Source: Octopus sinensis
Lineage: Eukaryota
Assembly (NCBI RefSeq): GCF_006345805.1
Contig: NC_042999.1
Coordinates: 97,402,001 to 97,466,000, forward strand
Direction of reading: 5' to 3'
Length of the DNA: 64,000 nt
Under the pieces are notes generated by a model that saw nothing but the letters and a program-made list of their open reading frames with translations, was not told the origin of the DNA and ran no database searches. Positions 25,930 through 39,296 of the stretch are shown here, piece after piece (the first letter of the stretch is position 1; every line of letters begins with the position of its first letter). The translations under genes and the position numbers were made by a program.

Positions 25930-28246
25930 GAAGGCTGGCAATTCCAGTATATACAGGGGTATAGGTATTATGAGGAATGACAAAGCGTACTCTTGAAGTT
26001 TTGTGATAATAATAACCAGACCATTTGCAACACTAATTTCAAGAAACCAGCAACCTAATCACCCACCAATCAAGAAAACACACAAGTCAGATAGACATTG
26101 TATTCACCAAATGGGATAGGCAGATGGCTGTGTGTACTAAATCTTTCACTGATGGAGAATATACCATTCAACAAAGACTAGTGATTGGTAACTCCAGAGA
26201 AAGAACTAGACTGACACAAAGACACAAGGCAACCTGGAGAAAGAAGACATGGAAGCTGAAAAAATTCTTGACTAAAACATAAGTTCAGAGACATGTGACA
26301 ATCAGGACATAAAGGCCAGATCTGTGGTTAGAACATGTTTCCAACTACATTGAAAGTAGCTTGGTGTTGGAAATGCACAGTAGACAGAGCCATAAAAGCC
26401 AAGAGAGAGACCTGAACAAATTGGGAAAAAGTTAGAATCAACATACATATCTTGGAGGGAAACTGAAAGTAAGACATCTGCCAATGTTCTGCAGTGAGAG
26501 GCTCAGAGGTGTGGAGCATTCCTTGTTGCAAAGCTGTGAGTCAATATGGATCAAGATATCATTGAAGTAAAAAGTGTATGGAATTACCGTAGCACATTTA
26601 TCCACACATACTCTAAGAAGAACATAGCTTGTTTGTGTTATGACAATAGGTTAGTAAATGAGAAAAAAAAACTAACAAAGAGATCAGCCAGTGAAGCTGA
26701 CAGATATACAATTGAAGATAAGGAAATGAAGTTCAGAAAGCAGCTGGACCATCAGTTATATCTGACAAAATAGGGCACATTAGTCACTTATATAGTTAAT
26801 CAGGTAGGATAGGTACATTTCAGATTCAATGACTGGTGCAAGAGTATTATTATCATCTGCAATAATGGCAGATTAAAAAGTAACAAAAGAGCTAAAGCAT
26901 AATTAATTAGGAAAGAAATTAGATGAGAAGCAGTTCAGGTTTGTGTTAGGAGAGAATACCACCAATGCTCCCTTTCAAGTGACACAACTGGAGAAGTTTG
27001 TAGCTCAGATTAAGCCATTACACCTAGCATTCATCAACGTGAAAGCCTTTGATATGATATCATATCTTGTAGTTTGTTGGCTGATGAGAAAATTAGGTAA
27101 ATGAATAGCGCTGTTAGCAGCAAGGTGAGAATTGGTAATAATTTCAACAAGGAATTTGGTCTGCAAGCTGGTGTTCTTCAAGACTTGATTCTCAACTTCC
27201 ATCTATTTATTATAGTTCTCCAAGTCATGACACAGAGTTTAAAACTCTGTAAGACTCCTGTATATCAATGACTGGATCACATAATTGAATATGCCACTAA
27301 TTTAGGAAAAAAAATATATGTGGAATCCAAGCTTCAATTCAAGAAGCGTCAAAGTACACCTAACAAAGACAAAAAGAAAAAAGGCAGAAACTTAGTGCAA
27401 TCTGGAAAGTGGGCATGCTCAATAAGTAGAAAAGGAGAATGTACAAATTTCATGTGTTGTATCCAATGAAAAGTACAGGTGCATAAACGATGAACTGGGA
27501 TCACAGGCAGGTTTATGGTGAATGAAGTCATAATATGCACCAAATGCATAAGTGTAGTTAATAGTAAGAACATCTATGAAATAAATTCTTTCTAATTGGT
27601 GTAAATAGTAAATAACATAGATGGATTGAAGGAGAGGATGAATAGATAGAAGGAATGTATGAAGGTAAATATCAGAAAGAAGACAATGGTGGAAAGTTGT
27701 AAAACATGCAGTGAGGTGGATAGAACAGGAAAGTGGTCATGTGCAGTCTGCAGAAGGGGTGTTGAAGTAAACTTCATTAACTATACAATACAACTGGGTG
27801 AATTGATCAAAACTATAGTGATATAAGAAGGCCATGTCTAATGTTGTGAAGAGAAACAAGTTGAGATAACTGGATCATGTACTGAGGAAGGATGAAAGTG
27901 ACTAAAAGAGAGAAGGAAACAAGTGTGGAAGTAATGAAAAAGGAAAACCAAGAACAACATGGTAAAAGATGATGATGAGGAAATGAGGCTGGTCAGAAGG
28001 GATGCAGAGGGCAGGACAAAATGAAGAAGACTCTCATGAAGCCGTCAAGGTTAACTAACTGTTTTAGCAGGGAAAATGACATCAAAATGATGATTGCTGA
28101 TGTTGATTAGAGAGATCCATAGAAGTAGTTGGTAGTTTCTCTTACCTAGGGTGTTATAAAAAAACAGTAGAAAGTGGGATGCTCTGAAAGCCCAGCAACC
28201 AAAATAAAGACAAACTGGAAAAAGTTTAGGATGCTATTATTTCTAC
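25930..28246 (+). mobile_element. Long decayed RTE LINE (EN end, RT, thumb) with a nested second RTE piece at ~27600-28107
   Basis: KFCDNN..ICNTNFKKP..SQIDI..QQRLVI (endonuclease); KAAGPS; KAFD..WLMRKLG; SGKWACSI; resumes with SIEVVGSFSYLG..WKKFR after the insert. Confidence 0.8.
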
Positions 28247-28269
28247 AACACTGTTTCACAAAGTCAGAT

Positions 28270-28925
28270 CAATGCAAGGATTTGTTGAGGCAGATATTCT
28301 ATGACTAAAGCCCTTCTTGTTGCCAACCTTTACATGTTCCTATGTAAGTAATATTTCACCAAACTGGACGTCATTCACTTACAACAATCATGTGATGTTA
28401 AGACAACACACACACACATTTACATATACATACACAACAGATTCCAATTAGTTTCTGCCTACAAAATCCACTCATATGGATTTGGTCAGCCTGGGACTAT
28501 AGTAGAAGATACTTGCCCAAGGTACCACACAGCGGCACTGAACCAAGTGGTCGAAAAACAACTTTCTTAACAACACAGCTACACCTCTGCTTGTGTATGT
28601 AAATACACATACTAGCATTATCATTTTAACATTCACTTTTTCATGCTTACATGGGTCGTGCAGTTATTTTTTGAGGCAGATTTTCTACAGCCAGATGGCC
28701 TTATCTATTTTCAAGCAAAGTAATATTTACCCATTAGCAGAATACTGGAAATGAATGGCATTCATTTACAGCAATCACATGATGTGCAGACAAGGAGACA
28801 CAAACACACAACAGGCTTCTTTCAGTTTCCTTGCACCAAATCTAATCACAAAGCAGTGCAGTAGGACTGAACCCAAAACCCTGTGGTTAGGAAGCAAACT
28901 TCTTAACCACTCAACCACACCTGCA
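28270..28925 (-). mobile_element. Two tandem RTE-tailed tRNA SINE copies
   Basis: Both carry the reverse-complement head (ACTGAACC, ACACAGC or ACCACAC) and the GAGGCAGAT..TCTA tail segment. Confidence 0.7.
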
Positions 28926-30703
28926 TCTACCTTACACACACACATATACTTTGGCAAAATTCCTAAAACACAGATATTAGGATATTTCTGTGCAGACAAT
29001 AACATAATACACTGAAAACACCATTACTGTATGCAATGCCATGGTGGGTACACATGTAAACAGGGTTAGAAATGAGGATGTAGAAGAAATTCTAAACTGC
29101 TTTGAGAACTATTAGTCTGCTTAGTAGAATATAATAAAATGTACTAGCCAGTGGGTGTTAGAAACTATCAAAAAAGAACTAACTGGTGTGTTGCTTGCTG
29201 CCAACTCAAGATTACATCATTTGTTTATTATATAACACCTAAATACGTAACTAAACCAGGTACAAGCCAATGAAGGAAACTAGACAAATCACCCCTAAGT
29301 CACACTCTTACAATCTCACAAATGGAAGGCCACATTAGATATGGGATTGTTGGGGAAATGAAGGTAAAACTATAGTTTGGTGCCCCACCTCGACTCTATA
29401 AAATGCATAGTTTCTTGAAATACGTTTTCGAGGGTGTAGATTACGATTATTGCTGATAAAATTACAATAATAATAATAATAATAAATAAATAAAAGTAAA
29501 AGAGAAATTTCTGATAATTCTCCCCTCTCCCATAAATGACATTTTGCAAAAATACGTTTTCGGGAGTGTAGATTACATAATGTTGATTTTTTTCCCAACC
29601 AAATAAGAAAAACAATAAAAAGTGCTACAGTTACAGAAATTGGTGGAAACAGTGAGGGGATAATAATCCAAAACTCGTTCAATTTTCTTTTTTCTTTCAA
29701 ATATTATCATTCTCACACACTCAAGAAAACGTTATCTCTAAAAATTTCGTGAAAAACATGTATTTTTCAAAAAGTTATGGGGGAAAAAAAGATGGGAGTT
29801 GAGAGAGGGAAATACCACACTAGTTATATTAAAAGGGAACCCCTTCGATTATACAAGTTTTGTCGAACAGGGGCCAGCTTTCGGTTAAACAACAATGTGG
29901 TCTACTTTTGCAGCTAGGTCAGCCCCTAAATAATTTTATTTTCACGATAGGAACAAGTTATGAAGCTATGTAGTGTCATTCACATAGTTTTATAATATAC
30001 ACATAATTTCACTGCTGTCTGTTGTCCTGTCGGAGTACCATCTTTTAGAATATAAAAATAAGTTGAGTTGGATCGGATTTGAACTCAAACTCTTAAAAGG
30101 ATGTAACTAAATACAAACTATTTTTGTTCGACGTTCTATCGATTCTGTCACCAATTCATATAACCTAGTTTATGTACATACAACATTGACACTTACATCC
30201 AAGTGTCTGGAATGATGCTTCTATACATTCGTTCAATCTATGATATTTAGAGTGACTATAGGAATGTCAAATCAATAATGGATACTAAAAAAAACTCTCA
30301 TTTCTGATAAGTAAGCACGAAAGAAGAGATAGAGAGATTAAAACGAAACAATATAGGTATGAATTATCTCAGTAGACTCAACACACAAGCAAATAATTCC
30401 ATATCAACAAACTGAAACATTATATATGATATTCACATACACAAAATAAACCAAAGATTCAGTACAGTTTTCTTACACTACTACAGATTCGATTTAAATC
30501 AATACTACGTTCTGGTGTTTGATTTTTGTTTTCTTCAGAAAAAGCAAGGAAGATATAAGGAAACAAAATCCAAATTCCATCTCTCAAATATTAAACAACG
30601 ACGTAGAAGACATTTGTCCAAACAGAATAAGACGCAGTAAAATATACCGAAACAATATTAAGGGGGGGGGGGCTATCGAAGAACCAAACCATCGTTTTGT
30701 ATG

Positions 30704-30775
<72 letters not shown>

Positions 30776-32221
30776 TATACATACATACACACAGCAATGT
30801 GTTCCATCAAGGACACGATTTTATGTTATTAATATGCAAACGTTGAATTAGCTAAACAGCATATCTTGGTTCCATTCACATCTTGTATATATTATATAGA
30901 ATATAAATCAAGCCTTTATTTTATCGATAGTATTCGAACTCAGAACTAAAGCGAATATCGTAAAATGTTGTCCGATTTCCTAACGATTCTACAAAACTAC
31001 CTACCACTTAACCATTGTTTTCTGATATAGGCGCTAAGGCCTCGGATTCAAGGGATGGGTATCGTCGAATGTGTTGACCTTAGTACTTCGTTGGTACTTT
31101 TAACACTGGCACAGTTTTACCTTAAGATTTGATGGGTAATTTATGTTATCTGCTCTGATAGAAATTGAACATAGAATGTAATCTAGTAATTTTCAACACT
31201 TTCGCTATCCTTTACTCCCCCAGCTTCGTGTATTTTGTCATTTACCTTCTCGCTCCCATACAGAAATATATAGTAAATAGTACATATATCAAGCAACAAA
31301 ATTTGTTACACTTTCGTTATAATCCCTCTGTCGCTATCTAAAGGTATGTTTGACTCCTTTTAGCATACAAAAGATTGATTTGTTCGAGGGACTTATTTGT
31401 TTCGTATGTTTAGCTTTTTTTTCTACGGTCTAATTCAGATACCGCCAAGGCCGGTTTCACCTTTCACCTTTTCAGGGCTGAACAAATTAATAGCCTTTCA
31501 TGAATCTAATTGTGGCCCAGTATTATTACAAATGGAAATAAGCTTGCTTAGAGAATAATCGTTTTGTTGATATAACAAATAATATACTTTACTTTCTTTG
31601 GGGTTTATTAAACCATATCATATTTATTAGGATAAATTATATGTTTAATATCACAACAGCTTCACGCCATTGTCAATGTCACATCTATCTTTGCAATGTC
31701 TTTCCCTGCGAGGCGAGTCAGCCACCCAGCAGTTAATTCTATTTCACTTGCCTTGTTAATGCTTTAAAAGCCTCCTCGTGTCAATTCGTTTCTTATAAAT
31801 AAATCTAAGGTATCATCTTGATATCATTACATATTCTACCCGTAGCTGTTATTAATATCACAACCAATGATAGGAGATATCACACATCTCTCCAATATCG
31901 TTTCGAATGAACAGATGCACGTTCACGATACATCAAATAAACAAAATATTGTGATACCAAATTCTTTCTGAGGAGGATTAGCAACAAAAATAAAAAGGCT
32001 TATCACAAAACATACAACTAGATTTGTAGAAAAAATTTTTTTAGAAACACACACACATCGAGAATTTCCTAGAGAGATACAACAATACAAATGAAGAATT
32101 ATAGAAAGGGATGGACTGAAAAATTTACAATAAATCGTAAAAATGAACAGGCGACGTCAATTTTTTGCACATGATCTGCGTTTGACAATAGAAAGGATAA
32201 TTCCATGAAGTAACTGGGTGG

Positions 32222-34443
32222 TTAGAAGAAATGGGAAGAAAGAGAGCAAAGCAAAGACAGAAACAAGTCATATCTTGGAGAACTTTTGTGCAGGATCTGC
32301 AGAAGGGAGTAAGATAGAGCGAAAGTAACAGTAACCAGTAAGCGCGCGCGCACTTTCTATCTATCAATCAACCGCACAGATATACATATATATATTGTGA
32401 AATCTCATGTTCGCACACTATGTTAAGATAAGGTTATAATTTAAAGCGAGTTTAATTACAGACAATGGAACATTTAATTTACGGATGTTGCAGTGACTCT
32501 ATACTGAAAGTAGAGTAAAATTTATTTTGAATATCAAGTTGACTGAGATTTCACATTATATATATGTGTGTGTGTGTGTGTGGAAAATAGGGATGAAAAC
32601 ATCCAATCTTTCATTGACAATTGTATATCTCCATTTTCCATTCATGTAATATACATACACACACACAGAGATAACATGCATTAATGTAGACAAGTACAGC
32701 GCGCGCGCACAATGTATGTATTACACACACAGAGATGTAATTTTTATACGCTGGATCTGGAAGACGCAGTGCTGATGGTCTTCGCAAGCACTCCAAAACC
32801 GGCAAGATTATTTCTGCTCATGGTCCGCGTAAACAGTTGAAACAGCCAGAAGAAAAAAAAAACATAAACAGGGAAGAAATCCCAGATGGTTGACAATATG
32901 AGAATATGGTCTAGACGAAGTGGTTAGTACGGATTTGAGGGGGGACACACCCAGCATGGTTGAAGGAGGGGGGGAAGAGACCAATGAGTCGGGAGTGTCT
33001 GAATTGAAGTGGCACAAGATCAAACCAGCTCCGAAGAACACAAACCATAATTACTGTAGCTGCAAAAAAAGAAGAGGAGACGGCACGTTTAGGAGTTTAG
33101 ACACGTTTGTGAATGATTGTATGCTAATAAACGGGTAGTTTTCCCTTGGATGTAGCTCTAGCTACACTAAGGATGCTTTCGCCAAGGAGATCTTATGATC
33201 GTGGGACCTAACATTTAGAGTCACCATATGCGCACACACATACATTATGTGTGTGTAGGTGCTATGAATATGTATCGTTATCTTCATAAGGATTTTTCTT
33301 GTATAACAAATGTTTCTTTGGTAGGAAAGCTGAATTGAGTGTTTTCAATACGGGAATTCAAACGATGCTGCTATATTTATTCGTGCATGATGCGAAAAAT
33401 CTAATTCAAAAAATATCAGGGTCATTGTGCTCGTGTTTTTAGCTACAAAAATCGGAATTGCATTATATTCGAGATTGTATTGTTATAGAAAAAAAACGGT
33501 AAGTGGAACGAAGATAAATAATAACCGTCTTTTTGCTAGGCACTGTGCCTCTAGGAGCACATCATACAATTCGTTGAGGTAATTTTGCTATTTCTAAATG
33601 TTTGAAGGGACTAGAAGCCTCTGTCCTTGGCTTGTATACATTAGCCGAGTCAAAATAAAAGATAACCCATATGCCAACGAAGGAAACTGGATTGATGGAA
33701 AACAGCAACCATATCTTCAAATCACATCCTAGAGTCTTTAAAAGATAAAGAACACATTGGACAATTTAGTTTCTCAAATATGAAAAAGACGAGGTGATCA
33801 CGATTAGAACGTCTTTGATAATAGATCTACTCAATCAGGGATGACCTGGGGTTTTACAACAACATAACTCTAAAGTTGATTCGAAGTTAAGAGACTGAAA
33901 GATAATCTAAGAGAGACAGTGAGAGTTGTATTTATGCCTGTGTATGTACATGATGTATTCAAATGTGTATGTACATACACACACATGTGTATATAAGCAT
34001 GGCAAAATTTAAGAGAGATGCTGAAGTGTGAAAAGACATCAAGCAATACAAGTATATATGTGTGAGTTAATAAATCGTATTCATTAGTGAAGGATGGAAG
34101 AGTCATACATGAAAGGATCAAAAGTTAAAAACACCAAATCTGTTGATCTTGAAGAGAAACAACACCATAGGAAAAAGTTTGCGAAAAGTCGGCTAAGATT
34201 TTAAATAAGAATTATAATTATAAAAGACTGCGATTTGTAGATCGCCAGTGTAAACGGAAGAACTAAAATGTCAATAAAATAAAAACAACTGGACTTTAAA
34301 TAGTAGTAGAGAGGAAAAGGAAGCGAGAAGAGGAACTGATGAAAATTTCTCAGAAATGCAAAGATTTGGGTATTTTCAAACCCCAAAACAAACTGTAACG
34401 GATTCTATTATAATCGAAGGATTAGAACCTACCTGACTTCCAT
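32222..34443 (-). other. Candidate spliced minus-strand transcript (lncRNA or short ORF)
   Basis: Donor CAG|GTAGGT at 34433; strong acceptors CTCTTCTTTTTTTGCAG| (exon from 33059) and CTCCCTTCTGCAG| (exon from 32296); lies in the CpG-rich domain. Confidence 0.3.
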
Positions 34444-34569
34444 GGTAAATCAGTGCTTATGTGAACAATCTAAATAATTAAAAATTTGGTCGGGGTATCT
34501 GTAGGACCCCCTTCGAATAAATCACTTATGTAGCGCATCATTGCTACCAAGTTGTAACGGACACTTTCC

Positions 34570-34670
34570 AAATTTCCGCCATTACTTACGGGGTTAGTTT
34601 TAATTATGAGAGAGGGAGGGAGGGAAGGTTGCACATGCGCAGTCGGCGTAAAACGACTTTCGGTTATCTT
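34570..34670. promoter_or_regulatory. Putative core promoter (YY1- and NRF1-like motifs)
   Basis: CCGCCATT at 34576 and TGCACATGCGCA at 34630 within CpG-retaining sequence. Confidence 0.5.
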
Positions 34671-35593
34671 TTCCCTCTCTCTATGTTTCTTACTATTTCT
34701 TTTGTTTACTCCCTCGCTCTCTTCGCTGTCCCCTCTCCGTCTCTGTCTCTCTCTCTCTTTCTGTTCAGCATCCAACCAATTCCTTTCACATAAACACCAT
34801 TTCTCTCCATCAGTTACTCATGTATTTCTTCACCAACCTTTGTTCACCCTCCTCTTGTCTACATTTTTGTTGGCACAAGTTTTCTTTCTCTTATGATTCC
34901 TAAATTAATCACTCTCTCTTTCTCTTTAATTTATTTTGCACTTTCTTCATAGCTTCTCTTACTCTCAACTTCAGCCTACTTCATTTAATACACACACACG
35001 TCTCATCAATTTATAAAAAAAATATTCCTTAGTTTCACGCCATTCTCTTTGATTTAACCAGATCTTTCTCGTTCTCTTTTCCTCTCACTTTTATCTAATT
35101 AAGTTATTTCGACGCTCTTCTTCCCCTCCAGTTTCAATCCGTCTGCTTGAATTAACTATTTCTTCACAATCTATCTTTCTACTTGTGTCTGTTCATCCAC
35201 GTTCACAAAAGTCTTAGAAATAATCTCAACACCTTATCATTATTTAATTTAACTTCTAAATTTTTCCCTTACTTTCTGTCTCTATTTTCTTTTTTTAAAA
35301 AAAGAGGGTCTTTTTAACCAAAGATGACACAGATGAAAATAAAGAAAAACATAACAAAACATTTATTTCAATTTTTACCGTCTAAATCCAGACTTGTATT
35401 TTCGACTAATCTTCATGCCGTTCCTTACTCTCTGATTTCACCATTCCACGTTTCTTTAAATAAAAAATATTGATATTCAAAACTTTTTTTTATTTTGTTC
35501 GAGTAATTTTTTAAATATACATATCATTTTCCAATACTTCGTTGACATTTAAAATTCAGCGTAATCGTATTAATAAACAATTGTAAATGTAAG

Positions 35594-35637
<44 letters not shown>

Positions 35638-36394
35638 GAGGGGTGTGTGTATATGAATATATGTGTATATATATATGTGTGTGTGTGTGTATGTATATAT
35701 ATATATATATACACACACGTGTGTGTGTGTATAGACAGACAGGCAGACATAGGTAGATAGATAGAGAGAGAGATAATGTGAGAGCGTGTTCAAAACAATC
35801 CCGTATTCTAGTTTCATTTTCAAGTTCTTTTTATTCTTTTCATAATTCCTCGCTGGCATGTGTTGTTATCTCAAGAAAGTTTAGAAACGTTAATGTTCGA
35901 AACAATCAGTAAGAAACACGAAGTGTGTGTGACAAAGAGAGAGAGAAAGGGTTATGTGTGTATGACCAATGTCATATTAATTTTTTTTAGATGGATGATT
36001 GAAGGAGGTTTGTCAAACTTATGTTTTTTTAATGTATTTCTTGAAAAATGAGAAAAAAAAAACGAATATTTCAAGCTAATTCAAAACAGTTTTATCATAA
36101 CCTGTCAATCACATGCTGTTAACCTCCACATTGACAAGCCAAACAGCTGCGACCTTAATTCTGACTTCTTGATGCAGAGTTCAAATGTCAAAAGGAATTT
36201 GGCATTTCATTCTTTAAACAGGTGCTAATGAATGACCACAAATCTACATATTACCAGCTATTCCTAGAAATTGTGGTGCCTAAACTAAGAATGAGGACAT
36301 AAACACTGAGAATAAACTTATCTAATCTTTACTGAAAAAGTGCATGTCCAGAAATTTGTTGCTCCCTTGTACTATTTGTTGATGATATTTCCAT

Positions 36395-36530
36395 CTCGGG
36401 TTATTCTGCCATGATTGACTTTGTTTTTCATCCTTTTAAGATCAATAAAATAAGTACCAGTGGTCGATGTAATTGACTGTTACCCTCCCCACAAAATTTC
36501 AGACCTTGTACCTATAGTGGAAAGGATATT
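36395..36530 (+). mobile_element. Meta-domain SINE fragment
   Basis: TTGACTTTGTTTTTCATCCTTTTAAGATCAATAAAATAAGTACCAG. Confidence 0.65.
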
Positions 36531-36564
36531 TTAGCTACAGGTCAGCCCTGATTGAACAAACTAA

Positions 36565-36785
36565 CCCTTTAGCATTTAAACCGGCCATATCCGGCCAAAA
36601 GTATTCTACCCTTTTTATGTTCAAACTGACCAGATCTGGTCTCTCACACCAACCCTACAATATCATCTTAAAAATTAACAGCTACCTCATCAAAATCTCA
36701 TAGCTACAAGGTAATGCATGATTAATTCAAAACAATATGGATGGAAAGGCATTAATTTTGGCAGAATAATGCGAACACTAAAGGG
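36565..36785. mobile_element. piggyBac-type MITE with CTAA TSD
   Basis: CTAA|CCCTTTAGCATTT ... ACACTAAAGGG|CTAA. Confidence 0.85.
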
Positions 36786-37364
36786 CTAATGATCAAAACT
36801 ATTTCAGCAGTGACCATTCTCTGATATCTTGAATGTACAAAAGGAACGCATGCCCACCACTATTATATTTAGAGCACCATGTAGATTATCATATTCCAGT
36901 CTGCTTCCAGTGGTCAAGTAACTCTTATACTAAATAGTATTATTAGTTATGAAATACAGTGCAAATGTAGAAATTACTAGTTCTCTGTAACTTAATGCAA
37001 TAAAGTGTACCCTGATTATCTGTTCTGGTTACGCATCCAATACGCAGTTTCAAACTGTTATAATGGTGAAACATATGTAGGAACTAATAATATAGACTTG
37101 TGTTCATCTTAATTTCTCATATATATGTAGAGAGTCTGTGTTTTCCAAACTGGAGGCGATCACATTTCTCCACAGGAATGATGTTCTAACAAGCATTAAT
37201 GAACGTGATGATCTTACATGTGATGAATGTGGAATTGGCAACCATCATGCATGTATGTATGTATGTATGTACGTATGTACATATGTACGTATGTATGTAT
37301 GTACGTACGTATGTATGTATGAATGTATGTATGTATGTATGTATATGTAGAGAGAGAGTGTGTC

Positions 37365-37553
37365 ATTTGACCTGCTAGAAATAGTTATCTAACTGCACTC
37401 AAATCATACTCTGCTACCTTAAAAAGAAGACACATTGAATAATGTATTCCTGCTTACTATATATCTGGAAAAAAGATAAAGTTGTTATGGTTTCAATGCC
37501 TTTGACTATAGGTCAGCTTGACCAGAACTAACTTAGGGGTTAAGCAACAACAA
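37365..37553 (+). repeat. ~190-bp dispersed repeat (CTGCTAGAAATAG...GGTCAGCTTGACCAG...AACAACAAC), unclassified
   Basis: Related copies near 16080-16260(-), 33690-33865, 40085-40690, 41005-41190, 49808-49995, 52140-52240(-), 53400-53570(-), 58670-58830 and 63595-63700. Confidence 0.7.
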
Positions 37554-38140
37554 TCTTCACCCACCATTATTCTACAACCACAGTACCAATAGACAAGGCT
37601 AAGGATATTGCCCATATAATTCAAGCTTAAAAGAAAAAACATAAAACAAATTTATATTATCTACTTCCAATCTTCCAATTTTCTATTCTGTCACTCTTCA
37701 TTTCAATAATGTTCCTCAGAATAATTTTTGAAGTTTTTTTTTTTTCTGTTTGTATGACAGCAACACCTGTTTTGTAAGATTAATGTTTTGTTTCTTGTTC
37801 TTTTTTCTTTTTTATTATAATTATGTTTATCAATTATTTTCATACAATTTGTTATCTTTATAGTTTTTGATAATGCTTTGACTTTGGATATATGAATATA
37901 TAAATATATATAAACATATTTTTCATATACATACACAAGTGCACATGCACACACACATACACAAACAAACCATACACTCTGTCAAGTAGTCACATATACG
38001 CATTCACAAAAATGTGTTTGAATTAGCTTCATCTACAAATTATTCTACACACCTCCACTATAAATTTGTTTCAAGAGCTCTTAGGTCTTACACTAAAAAA
38101 AAAAAAAGAGTGAAACATAAATTGTAGGTAGGTATATATA

Positions 38141-39296
38141 TCAGGTCATCCCATAAGTTCTGTCCAAAGCTTGAATAAAGAAAACAAGTGATCAAATGTT
38201 ATATTTAATTGAAATTTAATCATCAACGTACTTTCCCTGATTATCTATAACTTCCTTCCATCTATTTACAAGCTTTTTAATCCCATCAATGTAAAACTCA
38301 TTTGGTTTCAAAGCGAAGAACTCTGAAATGTCAGTTTCGACCTTCTCCTGGCTTGCGAAAGTTATGTCCCCTAAATGATTCTGTAAACTACGAAACAAAT
38401 GGTAGTCTGAAGAAGCAAGGTCGGGAGAATAAGGTGGATGAGGAATTTTTTCCCAACCAAGTTCTTCAATCAGTGTGGGGTTGTGCATCACTCCTTTTTG
38501 ATTCACTAAAGCGGGTCTTTTTTTCTTCAAAGCTTGGTTCAAATGCTCTAATTGTTGACAGTAGACTTGAACATTGATTGTTGCATTAGGTGGTAACAAT
38601 TCAGAGTAAATTACTCCTTTGCAATCCCACCAGACAGAGAGAAGAACCTTTTTCTCATGAAGTTCCCTTCTTGGTTGTGGTTGAGCTTTTTCCCTTTTAC
38701 TAAGCCACTGTTTTACGATGCTTAACATTTCGATAGAAGATCTATTTTTCCTCACCAATCACAAATCTATCCAAAAAGGGTGAAATTAGTTTGCGAGAAT
38801 GGAGAGAAGAGCAGATGTCAACTCAGGATTTGCGGTTGCTTTTGGACAATTCATGAGGCTCCCATTTTTCAAGTTTAGGAACCTTTCCAAGTTGTTGATA
38901 ATGCAGGATTTTCTTCAAGTAATGCTTCTAGAAGCTTATATCATCAAACTCAACTGGACGTCCTGTTTGATCTTCATCGTCAAGGCTGAAATCTCCACTT
39001 TTGAATTTTGCAAACCATCTTCTGCAAGTTCTTTCATTCAAGCATTCTTTCCCATAAACTGAGTGTATGTTTTGAGTTGCTTTGGCTGCAGAGTTTCCTT
39101 TATTGTACTCATAAAGCATTATGTGCCTCAAATGCTCTTTGGCTACTTCCATGTTAGAAAGGGTTTTAATCAAGGAAATTTTAATTCTATTATTCTGTAA
39201 AATAATATTTAATTCCATTAGACATTCTAAAATACTATTAAATTACATTTAATTTTAAAAAAGATAAAAACGGACAGAACTTATGAGATGACCTGA
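38141..39296 (-). mobile_element. Mariner (mellifera/Famar1-like), both TIRs, internal deletions
   Basis: TA|TCAGGTCATCCCATAAGTTCTGTCC and GGACAGAACTTATGAGATGACCTGA|TA; MEVAKEHLRHIMLYEYNKG..WFAKFKSGDFSL; LLSVWWDCKG..HPPYSPDLASSDYHLFRSL. Confidence 0.95.
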
